A program made the position numbers and the translations under genes. Shown here piece after piece: positions 55,896-64,000 of a stretch of DNA of 64,000 bases. The stretch comes from an uncultured bacterium (GTDB lineage: Bacteria > Patescibacteriota > Saccharimonadia > Saccharimonadales > UBA4665), in contig CAXSFI010000001.1 of NCBI GenBank assembly GCA_964236675.1, positions 18,365 to 82,364 on the forward strand, in the 5' to 3' direction. Position 1 is the first letter of the stretch. The number at the start of each line of letters is the position of its first letter. The notes beneath the pieces are model-generated. The model worked only from the letters and a program-made list of their open reading frames with translations. It did no database searches and was not told the DNA's origin.

Positions 55896-56405
55896 ATGTC
55901 TTTTGAAATAGCACTTAGAGCCGACGAACTTGTTCGCCAGGCGTCACAAGCAATGATCCTGACGCCCAGTGAAGAGCAAGAACTGCGCGCGCACTTTATT
56001 GAACGCGAGTTGTTAATCTCCAGTGGTGAACAACCTAAGCCCGAAATAATCCCACCGCAAAACAACGTAACTATTGGTATGACTGAGGCGAGCCGACAAC
56101 CAAACATTCGAAATATTATAAGCAAAGCAGGACCTGTAGTCAGCAAATACGGAGCTTTAAAGGTGCTTACAGGCGCAGCAGATAGTAATCTATGTGCAAA
56201 AGTTGGTAATCCAGACCTGTTTAGTACTGATGAAAAAACCAGCAAGGCTAAGATAGATGTTGCTAAAAGTGTCTGCGCAAACTGTCTGTCACTCGTTACA
56301 TGCAGAGAAGGCAATTTAGATAATACCGACTCTATGATTTATGGAGGTTTGACACGAGCTGAGCGAATGCGTATAAAACACCTGGGCAAAATCGTGAGCC
56401 GCTAA
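55896..56405 (+). CDS. WhiB-like (Wbl) Fe-S transcription factor with about 100 aa N-terminal extension
   Basis: C-terminal LCAKVGNPDLFSTDE..(19 aa)..VCANCLSLVTC...IYGGLTRAERMRIK matches the Wbl pattern C-x(n)-C-x2-C-x5-C plus G[VI]WGG and a basic tail. ATG 55875 is an alternative start. Confidence 0.75.
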   Translation: MSFEIALRADELVRQASQAMILTPSEEQELRAHFIERELLISSGEQPKPEIIPPQNNVTIGMTEASRQPNIRNIISKAGPVVSKYGALKVLTGAADSNLCAKVGNPDLFSTDEKTSKAKIDVAKSVCANCLSLVTCREGNLDNTDSMIYGGLTRAERMRIKHLGKIVSR

Positions 56406-56408
56406 CTC

Positions 56409-56437
56409 TTGCATAACAGATAGAACTAGTGTAGAAT
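56409..56437 (+). promoter_or_regulatory. Promoter TTGCAT-17-TAGAAT for rplS
   Basis: TTGCAT 56409-56414, TAGAAT 56432-56437, 23 nt leader. Confidence 0.5.
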
Positions 56438-56460
56438 TGGACCAATAACTGAAAGATTCT

Positions 56461-57003
56461 ATGAGTAATGCAAATGTGATCAAAGAGATTAGCGACAGCT
56501 TCAAAAAGTCAGCTGTTGTCGACGTCCGCTCGGGTGACACTGTCAAGGTCCACCAGAAGATTCGTGAAGGCGCCAAGGAGCGGGTTCAGATCTTCCAGGG
56601 CCTAGTCATCCGTACCGACATGAAAGGTTCGCATACCTCGCGCATCACCGTACGCCGGATTGCCAGCGGTATTGGCGTAGAGAAAAGCTTTCTTTTGCAC
56701 AGCCCACTGGTCATCCAGGTGGAAGTTACTAAGCGTAGCAAGGTTCGCCGCAACTACCTGACATATATGCGTGATCGTACCGGCAAAGCCGCCCGTATGA
56801 CCGGTATCGATTTTGACAAGCGCGCTGTCAACGACATCCATGACGCTGCTGCCGAAGCTGAAGAAGCTGCTATCAAAGAGCAAGTTGCTGTAGAAGCCGA
56901 AGCTCGAGCTGAAGAAAAAGCTGCTGAAGGCGCCGAACTGGAAGCCAAAGCCGCTGAGGTCGAAGCCCGTCACGCCGAGACCACTGAATCTCCAGCCGAA
57001 TAA
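56461..57003 (+). CDS. rplS: 50S ribosomal protein L19 with a roughly 65 aa Ala/Glu-rich C-terminal extension
   Basis: VRSGDTVKVHQKIREGAKERVQIFQGLVI...ITVRRIASGIGVEKSF..HSP L19 core, then AAAEAEEAAIKEQVAVEAEARAEEKAAEGAELEAKAAEVEA. Confidence 0.95.
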   Translation: MSNANVIKEISDSFKKSAVVDVRSGDTVKVHQKIREGAKERVQIFQGLVIRTDMKGSHTSRITVRRIASGIGVEKSFLLHSPLVIQVEVTKRSKVRRNYLTYMRDRTGKAARMTGIDFDKRAVNDIHDAAAEAEEAAIKEQVAVEAEARAEEKAAEGAELEAKAAEVEARHAETTESPAE

Positions 57004-57016
57004 AACACATGCCTTC

Positions 57017-57571
57017 ATGATAGTTGGGATTGATGAAGTTGGGCGCGGCTGTTGGGCGGGTCCGCTAGTGGCCGGCGCAGTGTTGCTGGGCATGCCAATC
57101 CCCGGGCTGAAAGATTCTAAAAAACTGAGCAAAGCCCAAAGGGAAGCACTAACGATTCTCATCGAGGAACAGGCGCTGGAAATTGGGCTAGGATGGGTGA
57201 CGCCAATGGAAGTTGATGCGTATGGTTTAACGGAGGCAGTTCGGTTGGCAATGACCAGGGCGCTCGCGCAAATTACGGCCGACTACGACGAAATCATCAT
57301 TGATGGCAGCTATAATTTCATGGCCGATAATCCAAAAGCCTCGACACTAATTAAGGCAGATGATCTGGTGCCGGCTGTCAGCGCGGCTAGTATTGTCGCC
57401 AAGGTTGCGCGTGATAAATATATGTCAGACCTAGCCTTAGAATTCCCCGCTTATGGCTTCGACCAACACGTTGGTTATGGCACGCCGCTGCACGTTGCTG
57501 CGCTGAAACTACATGGTGTGACCAAGCATCATCGCCGGTCATATAAACCTATCCAGGCTCTGTTACAATAA
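57017..57571 (+). CDS. rnhB: Ribonuclease HII
   Basis: MIVGIDEVGRGCWAGPLVAGAV, DSKKLS, ASIVAKVARD. Confidence 0.93.
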   Translation: MIVGIDEVGRGCWAGPLVAGAVLLGMPIPGLKDSKKLSKAQREALTILIEEQALEIGLGWVTPMEVDAYGLTEAVRLAMTRALAQITADYDEIIIDGSYNFMADNPKASTLIKADDLVPAVSAASIVAKVARDKYMSDLALEFPAYGFDQHVGYGTPLHVAALKLHGVTKHHRRSYKPIQALLQ

Positions 57572-57577
57572 ATATCT

Positions 57578-57922
57578 ATGAATACCACGGAGATTGGTCG
57601 AAAAGCCGAGTCAGCAGCCAAGGCCTATCTGGAGATGCGCGGCTACGAGATTGTCGAGCAGAATTTCCGGCGGCCACACACCGAGATCGATATTGTGGCC
57701 CTCAAGGACGAAACTATCTTTTTTGTCGAGGTAAAATATCGCTATGATTATGATGAGGGTGGCGGCCTGGAAGCGATTACAGCCAGTAAGCTGGCCAAAA
57801 TGACCCGCGGTGCCGACACCTGGGTTGGTGAATATAAATGGCCTGGTCAGTACGTGCTGGCGGCAATCGAGATCGCTGGTGACAAATTTACTGTTATGAA
57901 CTTCATCGACAACGCTTACTAA
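57578..57922 (+). CDS. yraN: YraN family (UPF0102) endonuclease-like protein
   Basis: GRKAESAAKAYLEMRGYEIVEQNFRRPHTEIDIVA...FFVEVKYR. Confidence 0.85.
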   Translation: MNTTEIGRKAESAAKAYLEMRGYEIVEQNFRRPHTEIDIVALKDETIFFVEVKYRYDYDEGGGLEAITASKLAKMTRGADTWVGEYKWPGQYVLAAIEIAGDKFTVMNFIDNAY

Positions 57923-60477
57923 GGTTTGAAGTAGGCTTTAAGGGTGTCCAGGTCGCGGGCTTTCCAGGCAGCCTGCCACTGAATGGTCTCGATGGCTTGC
58001 TTGATGGGCCGCTCAAAGGCCGGCGACAGTTTGGACTCAAAGAAAGCTTTGAACTCCGGTAGGAAGGCTTCGTCACTGTAGACTCTGCCGGCATAGACCG
58101 GCATTCGGTAAAAGCTAAGGTCACTGCCGATGTTTTTGACCAGCCAATCCCAGTTGTCTTGTAGCCACTGCCAGGTGTCGGCCCGGGCGTAGCGGTTCAT
58201 GAAGCTGTAAGCTATCCAGTAAGGAGCATCCTGCAGCCGGACATCGTCGGTGGTGATGATGCCTAACGCCCGCTGGCTGAGCTCCGGCTGCTTAAAATTC
58301 GTCAAGGCCGCCGCCAGAGTCACCCGGTCTTCGCTATTGGTGCCGGTGTTATGCAGCTCCAGAAGTTTATCAAATTCAGTCTGACCGCCCAGCCGGGCGA
58401 CGGTACCGTAGATGACACCTCGTAGATCCGGGTGAATCACATCGGCGTTGTTAGGATTAACTTCTGCAAAACGCCGCTGGGCCTCAGCCACTACCTCTGG
58501 TTCCTCACCAAACGAAGCCAGGCCAAGAATGCTTGGGCGAAGCAGGGTATCAAATAGTGATTCACCTGGCTGCTCGTCCCAGCCGAGGCGGACATACTGC
58601 TTATTAACCAGGTTACGAATGAAGGGCTTCATATCATCTCGAAGCTGGTCATCCTCCATGACGAGACGCATGTTACCGAGGTTACCGGAAATGATGTCCC
58701 AAACCACCAGACTGTCTTCGTCGCGGTAGGCTTCGAGCAGCTGCAGGGCATCGAGGCTTGAGCTATAGCCGGCCTTGGCCGCTTCAAAGGTGTCGCTTAG
58801 CAACCCCAGTCGGTCGACATCACTAATCCGACCTTGCTCGATAGCTTTGGTAACATTGGCCAAGTGCTTACTATCATAGGCCACGCGGTAAAAGCTGGTA
58901 CGGTTGTGGTTGAGTAGGAATTCATCAGTCAGCTCCGGCACCGTAATAGTCGCTTCAGTAGTTTCAAGTGTATCAATGTTTAGGGCTGTTGATGCTGCTA
59001 GGGGTATAGGCCATAAAGCCGCTTGCTTATCAGCCGCTGGATTTAAGTAAAAGCGTTCCTGTTGTAAGCTCGGATTATCAGCGGTTATGAAAGCCTGAAC
59101 GATGGGATAGCCGGGCTGGCTTATCCAAGCGGTCATGAAGTCGGTCACCGGCAGCTTAGAGACTTCTTCCAGGGCTGCCCACAGGTCGACAGTATCGGTA
59201 TTGCCATAGGCATGTTTTTTAAGATATGACCGCAGGCCATCGCGGAAGGTATCGGCGCCTAGGTACTGATGCAACTGATGCAGCACGCTGGCGCCTTTTT
59301 CGTAACTAATGGCGTCAAAGATGGTTCTGATCTCATCAGGATGGTTAATGGTTACCTGGATCGGGTGGGTATGCTCCAGCGAATCCGGCTTGAGGGCTGC
59401 CAACTGTTCATCTACCACAAACTGCGTCCAGACTTTCCATTCCGGGAACAGATGGTCGACGGCCAGATAGCTCATCCAGCTGGCGAAGCTCTCATTGAGC
59501 CAGAGGTCGGTCCACCAGCGCATAGTCACCAGGTTGCCGAACCACTGATGGGTCAGCTCATGGGCAACCACATTGGCGACATACTGTTTCAGATGCAATG
59601 AGGTGTTCTTGGGGTCAACGATCATGGCTTGCTCACGGAAGGTAATACAACCCCAGTTCTCCATGGCACCGCTGGCGAAGTCCGGCAGGGCAATAAAATC
59701 ACATTTAGGCAGGGGATAAGGGATATCAAAATACTGATTGTAGAACTCCAGCGTTTTAACGGCGCAGTCCAGCGCGAACTGGGTGTAGGCAATATTGTCC
59801 GGCGTGGCAAAGGTGCGTACCAGCACGCCGTCAGCAGTCGTGGCCTCCAGTGATTGCATTTCGCCCAGCACAAAGGCCAGCAGATAAGTCGACATCTTGG
59901 GCGTGGTCTCAAAGGTCGTCACCAGTTTACCACTGGCTGTCTCCTGAGATTTGACCGGGGTGTTGGCAATGACGGTCTTTACTTCAGGCGTTATCAGTGT
60001 CAGGTCGAATGTGGCTTTGGCCTCCGGCTCATCGATGCAAGGAAAGGCTTCGCGGGCATGGTGACTCTCGAACTGCGTGGCAATCAACCGTTTTTCGACG
60101 CCGTCATGCTTGAAAAAACAGGGGTAAATGCCATTCATCGGTCGGGTGATGGCGCCCTCAAAATATATAGTTACGGTATATTCACCCGGGTAGAGCGCCT
60201 CAGCAGCATGCAGCCGAACCTCATCAAATTTGTCGTGATTATTGATGCGCGATACTTCATGGAATTGGTCGCCCTTTTTGTCGTGCTTAGTAATGGAGGC
60301 GGCAGTAATCTTCAGTTCTTTCTGATGAAAAGTTAGCCGCTCGCTGGGCCGGCCGACTTTTTTGCCGCGGATCATCACTGTACCGCTGAATGTCAAAGCT
60401 TCAGGGTCAATAGTAAAGGCCAGACCATACTGACTGGGCTGGAATTGTTCAAACAGACGCTTTACGGATTTCGACAT
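57919..60477 (-). CDS. pepN: M1 family aminopeptidase N
   Basis: 852 aa. GAMENWG, zinc motif HELTHQWFGNLVT...WLNESFA. GGAGG SD upstream. Confidence 0.93.
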   Translation of the reverse strand: MSKSVKRLFEQFQPSQYGLAFTIDPEALTFSGTVMIRGKKVGRPSERLTFHQKELKITAASITKHDKKGDQFHEVSRINNHDKFDEVRLHAAEALYPGEYTVTIYFEGAITRPMNGIYPCFFKHDGVEKRLIATQFESHHAREAFPCIDEPEAKATFDLTLITPEVKTVIANTPVKSQETASGKLVTTFETTPKMSTYLLAFVLGEMQSLEATTADGVLVRTFATPDNIAYTQFALDCAVKTLEFYNQYFDIPYPLPKCDFIALPDFASGAMENWGCITFREQAMIVDPKNTSLHLKQYVANVVAHELTHQWFGNLVTMRWWTDLWLNESFASWMSYLAVDHLFPEWKVWTQFVVDEQLAALKPDSLEHTHPIQVTINHPDEIRTIFDAISYEKGASVLHQLHQYLGADTFRDGLRSYLKKHAYGNTDTVDLWAALEEVSKLPVTDFMTAWISQPGYPIVQAFITADNPSLQQERFYLNPAADKQAALWPIPLAASTALNIDTLETTEATITVPELTDEFLLNHNRTSFYRVAYDSKHLANVTKAIEQGRISDVDRLGLLSDTFEAAKAGYSSSLDALQLLEAYRDEDSLVVWDIISGNLGNMRLVMEDDQLRDDMKPFIRNLVNKQYVRLGWDEQPGESLFDTLLRPSILGLASFGEEPEVVAEAQRRFAEVNPNNADVIHPDLRGVIYGTVARLGGQTEFDKLLELHNTGTNSEDRVTLAAALTNFKQPELSQRALGIITTDDVRLQDAPYWIAYSFMNRYARADTWQWLQDNWDWLVKNIGSDLSFYRMPVYAGRVYSDEAFLPEFKAFFESKLSPAFERPIKQAIETIQWQAAWKARDLDTLKAYFKP

Positions 60478-60584
60478 ACAGTAACCTCCACTTCTATGTC
60501 TTCCAGTGTAACAAGGAAGTATCTAACGGAGAAGTGCGTATGCTAGACAAAGCTATGCAACTGCGGTATTATTAAGGAGTTACT

Positions 60585-60608
60585 TCCGGCCGACAGGTCG
60601 GATTTTTT
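60585..60608 (+). terminator. Intrinsic terminator-like hairpin in the nusA upstream region
   Basis: TCCGGCC(60585-60591)/GGTCGGA(60596-60602), 7 bp stem including one G-T pair, GACA loop, then TTTTTT (60603-60608). Lies 80 nt upstream of the nusA ATG. Confidence 0.6.
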
Positions 60609-60688
60609 CGTTTCAAGAGACTGGGAAGGGGACTGATTACGAGATTTACAATTTAGAAAAGATTATCTGTAACAGAGAAAGGATCTAT

Positions 60689-61942
60689 ATGGATATGGAT
60701 TTTAAACAATTAGGTGTTGCCATTCGCACCATCGCTGAAGAGAAAAATTTACCGGAAGAGACCGTACAGGAAGTCGTCGAACAAGCCCTGGCCGCTGCCT
60801 ACCGCCGCGACTACGGTGACCGCGAGCAGGAGATTCGGGTGACTATGAACCTCAATACCGGTGACGTCGATGCTTACATTACCAAGGAAGTCGTCGAACG
60901 TGTCGGAGACCCGGCCTACGAGATTAGTGTGGCTGATGCTCAGGTCATGAAAAAGGACGCCAAAAAGGGTGACATGATGGAGCTGCACGAAGAAGTCAAG
61001 ACCTTTGGCCGGGTAGCTGCCCAGACCGCCAAGCAGGTCATCCTGCAGCGCCTGCGTGAAGCTGAGCGCGAGATCATCATGAATGAGTATGAGGATAAGA
61101 TTGGTACGGTCATTAATGCTACCGTCGCTCGTGTCGAAGGCAATATTACCCGGATCGATCTTGGCAAAGCCCAGGGCATCATGCCGCGTTCCGAGCAGAT
61201 CCAGGGTGAGCGCTACTACCCCGGTCAGCGCCTCAAGGTGTTTTTGAAAGATGTCGAGCGTGGTTTCCGTGGTCCGCAGCTAGTGGTCTCTCGCGGTAAC
61301 AAAGAATTCATGGAATGGTTATTCCGCGGTGAAGTTCCGGAGATGGAATCCGGCGCCGTCGAGATCAAAGGCATCGCCCGTGAAGCCGGGGTCCGCTCCA
61401 AAATCGCCGTCTTCTCTAATGTCCCTGGTGTCGACCCGGTCGGTACTTTCGTCGGTGGTCACGGTACGCGTGTCAATGCCGTGGTATCAGAGGTAGGTGA
61501 GCAAGAAAAGATTGACATTGTTGTCTACTCCGACAACATCACCGAGTATATTACCAACGCCCTCAGCCCCACCAAAGTAACCCGGGTCATCCTTGATGAA
61601 AATAACCACAAAGCTAAGGTTATTGTGCCTGAGGATCAGCTCAGCATCGCTATCGGTAAGAGTGGTCAAAACGTCCGGCTGGCCAGCAAACTGACCGGTT
61701 ACGAACTGGATATGGAAGCCGATCAGGCAACTGTTGCGCCTGTCGACAAGCCGGTTGTAGGTGAAGCTGCATTAGTACAAGAGACTGCTGCACTGGCTGA
61801 AGCTGCGGCGGTCGCGCCGATTGCTGATGAATCACCGGAAGGTGTCGTTGAGACTACCGAGCTGCCAAAACAACCGAAGCTCAAAAAGAAGACTGAGCTG
61901 GAGAATAGCCTCCTGGAGTCAATCGAACAGTTCGGCGAATAA
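60689..61942 (+). CDS. nusA: Transcription termination/antitermination factor NusA
   Basis: 417 aa. N-terminal domain, S1 (GTVINATVARVEG..), KH1/KH2 (IAIGKSGQNVRLASKLTG), acidic tail. ATG 60695 is an alternative start. Confidence 0.95.
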   Translation: MDMDFKQLGVAIRTIAEEKNLPEETVQEVVEQALAAAYRRDYGDREQEIRVTMNLNTGDVDAYITKEVVERVGDPAYEISVADAQVMKKDAKKGDMMELHEEVKTFGRVAAQTAKQVILQRLREAEREIIMNEYEDKIGTVINATVARVEGNITRIDLGKAQGIMPRSEQIQGERYYPGQRLKVFLKDVERGFRGPQLVVSRGNKEFMEWLFRGEVPEMESGAVEIKGIAREAGVRSKIAVFSNVPGVDPVGTFVGGHGTRVNAVVSEVGEQEKIDIVVYSDNITEYITNALSPTKVTRVILDENNHKAKVIVPEDQLSIAIGKSGQNVRLASKLTGYELDMEADQATVAPVDKPVVGEAALVQETAALAEAAAVAPIADESPEGVVETTELPKQPKLKKKTELENSLLESIEQFGE

Positions 61943-61989
61943 GCCGCAAATGCCATTTACTAATCTTAGTTATATGGTATAGTGAGTTA

Positions 61990-62379
61990 ATGGATTCCAA
62001 GCTTCGAGAAACTTTTACGAATCACCGCCTGCTGGTCGCGAGTTCGTTGTGCACCACCGGTGCAGGTCTGTTACTGTATGGATATCTGGAGATGAGCGCC
62101 GGCGATGAGGCACATGTTCCGGTGATGCCGGTCGCGGGTTGCCATATCAGCGAAGTCCTGCCTGCCGAAAGTGCTGACTGTCCTGCTTATCGGAATCAGT
62201 TGTCTGAATATCAGGATCAAAACGAGCTACCGAAAGCTGTACAAACTATCGTGCAAGAGGCAGGTATGCTGGCGCTTATTTTTGGAGCTGCCGCATTCCC
62301 GGTTGATTCCCTGCAGCGAAATGTGCAAAATCGAGTGGTGGTATATCAGGCCAATCAAATTCGTAAAGGGAAGGCTTAG
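61990..62379 (+). CDS. Hypothetical membrane protein
   Basis: 129 aa with two hydrophobic segments. No motif recognised. Confidence 0.4.
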   Translation: MDSKLRETFTNHRLLVASSLCTTGAGLLLYGYLEMSAGDEAHVPVMPVAGCHISEVLPAESADCPAYRNQLSEYQDQNELPKAVQTIVQEAGMLALIFGAAAFPVDSLQRNVQNRVVVYQANQIRKGKA

Positions 62380-62383
62380 CACT

Positions 62384-62701
62384 ATGCGACCGGGCTACGC
62401 CGATACGCTTTTTCTATTCGGCAGAGATGAGGTAAATGTCGCTGATGAAGCTCATTTTTGGCAGCGCGACCATGAGCTGGGGCGGTCGGTCATGAGAGCG
62501 TTTGATGCCAGTAGTAATGCGGCAATTCTGGAGGGAGAGCTTGGCGACTTGACAATTTTGGCCTTGCTGGAGGCTGGTCGGCGGTACGTTGATCATCAGC
62601 CAAAGCTTATGAAATATCGTCCAAATGCCCAGTACCAATACTGGATTTCCAATCAAGCCCGTGCCATGATGGCAGAGTATGCTACCTATCTGGTGAACTG
62701 A
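62384..62701 (+). CDS. Hypothetical protein (105 aa from ATG 62384)
   Basis: In-frame ATG just after the stop of the previous ORF. GDLTILALLEAGRRYV..YQYWISNQARAMMAEY faintly resembles sigma-70 region 2 (weak). Confidence 0.45.
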   Translation: MRPGYADTLFLFGRDEVNVADEAHFWQRDHELGRSVMRAFDASSNAAILEGELGDLTILALLEAGRRYVDHQPKLMKYRPNAQYQYWISNQARAMMAEYATYLVN

Positions 62702-62718
62702 TGTAGGTAATATCACAG

Positions 62719-62745
62719 TTAGCACTCTTGACGTGAGAGTGCCAA
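62719..62745. promoter_or_regulatory. CIRCE (HrcA operator) element
   Basis: TTAGCACTC-TTGACGTGA-GAGTGCCAA versus consensus TTAGCACTC-N9-GAGTGCTAA (17 of 18 positions, exact N9 spacing). Confidence 0.75.
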
Positions 62746-62755
62746 GTGGTATTAT
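62728..62755 (+). promoter_or_regulatory. Promoter TTGACG-16-TATTAT for clpC, overlapped by CIRCE
   Basis: TTGACG 62728-62733 lies in the CIRCE spacer. TATTAT is at 62750-62755. AAAGGGGTGAG SD precedes ATG 62802. Confidence 0.55.
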
Positions 62756-62801
62756 GGAAGCAGACTATTCTTTATAAAAAGTATAGAAAGGGGTGAGATC
62801 T

Positions 62802-64000
62802 ATGATGCCTAGTTCGCCAGATTTTCAAGAGTTCCTAAATCACTTAACCAATAATGCGCTGCAGAGCCTGAAGCACGCTGATGCTATTGCGCGCTCATTT
62901 GGTAGCGCTTACATCGGTACCGAGCACTTGCTGCTCGGCGTATTAGCGCAAGATGGCAGCATGGGCAGCAAGCTGCTGGAAGGTGTTGGTGTAACACTTG
63001 ACCGGGCCCGCTTAGCACTCAACCTGACACCTAAAACCTTAGTCATTAATATGGGAGCCAAAGGCCTGAGTGAGACAGCTAAATTAACACTCAAGATGGC
63101 CTACGACGTTGCTCAGGACTACAGCCAGGAGTATTGCGGCACTGAGCACATTCTCTACAGTATCCTCAGCCAGAAGAATGCTCGCGCAACCATTTTGCTG
63201 CGCGATATGAATGTTGATCTTGATGCCCTCAACAATGAGCTCGAGCAATTCCTGAACCGTCAACAATATGAAGAGGGTGAAGTCGGCAGCAGCGGCCGAA
63301 GCCGTAGCAATAAAAAAGCCAAGAAGACGGCTTTGGATTTCTATGGTACGGACCTGACAGCTCAGGCCCAGGCCGGCAAACTCGACCCGGTCGTTGGCCG
63401 GGAAGCCCAGATTCGCCGCGTCATCACCATTCTCAATCGTCGTACCAAGAATAATCCGGTACTCATTGGAGAACCAGGTGTCGGTAAGACGGCCATTGTC
63501 GAAGGCTTGGCTCAACGGATTGTATCTGAGGACGTGCCAGATAGCTTGCTCGACAAGCGGATTGTCATGCTCGATCTGGCCGGAATGATCGCTGGTACCA
63601 AATACCGTGGTGAGTTCGAAGAGCGCCTGAAAAAAGTCATGTCTGAGCTGGAAAAAGATACTCGAACAATAGTATTTATCGATGAACTGCACCTAATAGT
63701 CGGCGCCGGCGCCGCCGAAGGCGCTATGGACGCCGGCAATATTCTCAAGCCGGCTTTAGCCCGCGGCAAGATCCAGGTCGTTGGTGCAACTACTACTGCC
63801 GAGTACACCAATCATATCGAAAAAGATGCCGCGCTGGAGCGGCGCTTCCAACCCATCCAGGTGCCGGAGACCAGCCCCAGCGAGACGCTGGCTATTCTCA
63901 AAGGCCTGCGCAAGCACTATGAAGCTTTCCACGGCGTCAAACTATCGGACGAAGTGCTCGAGGACGCCGTCATGCTGGCCAAGCGCTACATTGCCGATCG
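62802..64000 (+). CDS. clpC: Clp/Hsp100 AAA+ chaperone, ClpC type (5' partial, runs off the window)
   Basis: Not in the ORF track because no stop lies in the window. My translation gives two Clp_N repeats ([12 protein letters not shown].., [12 protein letters not shown]..), Walker [16 protein letters not shown], Walker B IVFIDELH and RRFQPI. Confidence 0.9.
   Translation, partial: MMPSSPDFQEFLNHLTNNALQSLKHADAIARSFGSAYIGTEHLLLGVLAQDGSMGSKLLEGVGVTLDRARLALNLTPKTLVINMGAKGLSETAKLTLKMAYDVAQDYSQEYCGTEHILYSILSQKNARATILLRDMNVDLDALNNELEQFLNRQQYEEGEVGSSGRSRSNKKAKKTALDFYGTDLTAQAQAGKLDPVVGREAQIRRVITILNRRTKNNPVLIGEPGVGKTAIVEGLAQRIVSEDVPDSLLDKRIVMLDLAGMIAGTKYRGEFEERLKKVMSELEKDTRTIVFIDELHLIVGAGAAEGAMDAGNILKPALARGKIQVVGATTTAEYTNHIEKDAALERRFQPIQVPETSPSETLAILKGLRKHYEAFHGVKLSDEVLEDAVMLAKRYIAD

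Noticed and set aside
56602-57162. 186 aa minus-strand ORF spanning rplS and rnhB
   Set aside because: It overlaps two strongly supported + strand genes. Its repetitive S/F/G composition mirrors the Ala/Glu tail of L19.
63084-63692. 202 aa minus-strand ORF, and the 63512-63811 ORF
   Set aside because: They are antisense to the clpC-type gene, which is missing from the ORF track only because it has no stop within the window. The + frame has unmistakable Clp_N and AAA+ motifs.
1-64000. Searched by eye for CRISPR repeats, tRNA/rRNA/tmRNA/RNase P-like sequences, transposases, integrases, reverse transcriptases (retron/DGR) and restriction-modification genes
   Set aside because: None were seen. 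No regularly spaced direct repeats, no GGTTCGAATCC-type T-arm motifs in the intergenic gaps, and every ORF above 150 aa is accounted for. A covariance-model scan (tRNAscan-SE, Infernal/Rfam) would be needed to exclude small ncRNAs definitively.

Overview
This 64 kb window is a compact, gene-dense chromosomal segment, mostly coding on the + strand and dominated by housekeeping genes. They include metK (behind a candidate SAM-I riboswitch), rarA, a DrrAB-like ABC pair, typA, mpg, rmuC, yajQ, pheS/pheT, a CBS-less IMPDH-like gene, an MsbA-like exporter, FKBP, glutaredoxin-like/trxB and ppa. A sugar-phosphate cluster follows (gap, rpiB, rpe, split transketolase, fba, PfkB kinase), then uvrB, gatCAB, galU, dnaE, a PilB-like ATPase, rplS-rnhB-yraN, pepN, nusA and a 5' partial clpC-type gene. 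I saw no rRNA, tRNA, CRISPR array, transposase, integrase or phage structural genes. TGA is an ordinary stop codon here. The gene content (split tkt, 1-8 nt gene overlaps, type IV pilus parts, small membrane proteins everywhere) resembles a reduced Gram-positive-type or Patescibacteria/Saccharibacteria-like genome, but that is inference only. I found no clear multi-gene novel system such as a defence island. The signals worth a second look are:
- two families of repeated palindromic intergenic elements;
- an identical TGTAC-N8-GTACA palindrome upstream of both gap and fba;
- a near-perfect CIRCE operator on the clpC promoter;
- a WhiB-like gene with a long N-terminal extension;
- small genes wedged with ATGA-type overlaps between the subunits of pheST, gatAB and the split transketolase, one carrying an Rx4H HEPN-like motif;
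- widespread leaderless-looking starts;
- three disrupted accessory genes (patatin-like with an in-frame TGA, a frameshifted pilin-like gene, a frameshifted MazF-like toxin), all in visibly A/T-richer patches.
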